From: Balanoglossus misakiensis
Taxonomy: Eukaryota; Animalia; Hemichordata
Length of the DNA: 64,000 nt
Direction of reading: 5' to 3'
Assembly: GCA_040954595.2 (NCBI GenBank)
Contig: CM082588.2
Coordinates: forward strand, 12,041,398-12,105,397
Shown here: piece by piece, positions 63,661 through 64,000 of the stretch
Layout: each line of letters begins with the position of its first letter
Position numbering within the stretch: the first letter of the stretch is position 1
Made by a program: the position numbers and the translations under genes
Notes under the pieces: generated by a model
What the model was told of the DNA's origin: nothing
Seen by the model: only the letters and a program-made list of their open reading frames with translations
Databases searched by the model: none

Positions 63661-64000
63661 AATGGTGCAGTATAGATCCGTTCCATTTAACAACAAAATC
63701 TTGAAAAGTCTAACACTTTGAGACGTTCATAAAAGTAACAAAAACATGCGTGTTATGATGTTTATAATAACTCAGAATTTCCTTCAATACAAAAATGGCT
63801 AAATCAGTACAATGTTCTGGTTAAAAACCAAATTGATGATTCGTAGAACAGAGACAATCCATAAAGTTTAGAGGCCGTTGTTGCAAATGCATTGCCATCA
63901 GAAAAATACACATTTTTGTATAACTGCAAGATCTCGCACAGCTGTGAAATTCTAAGGAAATTCATTCATTGGATAAAATTTGTAGTTTATGGATTGTTAA

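Larger units (their letters stand above)
37513..64000 (-). repeat. Right arm of giant inverted duplication (continues beyond the window)
   Basis: Reverse complement of 5612..35630 with scattered substitutions and a few large indels. Confidence 0.97.

Noticed and set aside
5612-64000. Sequencing fold-back chimera as the source of the palindrome
   Set aside because: The arms carry biologically coherent private differences (TSD-flanked insertion, microhomology deletions) and a unique spacer. A haplotype mis-join is not fully excluded.

Overview
AT-rich, repeat-saturated animal genomic DNA, most like a marine invertebrate such as an echinoderm (inference from the repeat types). I can support no intact host gene, RNA gene or CRISPR array. 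The window is dominated by a giant, roughly 99%-identical inverted duplication. The left arm is 5612..35630, the right arm is 37513..64000 and runs off the window, and between them lies a 1.9 kb spacer of ~187-bp satellite. Both inner edges of the palindrome coincide with the same terminus of a TAGT-ended (Academ-like) DNA transposon, which suggests the duplication was made by aberrant or alternative transposition. Each arm is a stack of nested elements: an intronless PIF1-family helicase pseudogene split by an L2/CR1-group LINE, which is itself split by the Academ-like MITE and then inverted; RTEX-like, L2 and other LINE remnants; Harbinger-like, AcademH-like, P-like and TTAA-flanked MITEs; and Crypton-like hairpin elements. 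Arm-specific differences include a 4.6 kb composite Academ-like insertion on the left only and a Crypton tyrosine-recombinase pseudogene on the right only, lost on the left by a 1777-bp microhomology deletion. The central MITE copies carry many near-consensus CTCF motifs. All alignments and translations were done by eye and no database searches were run.
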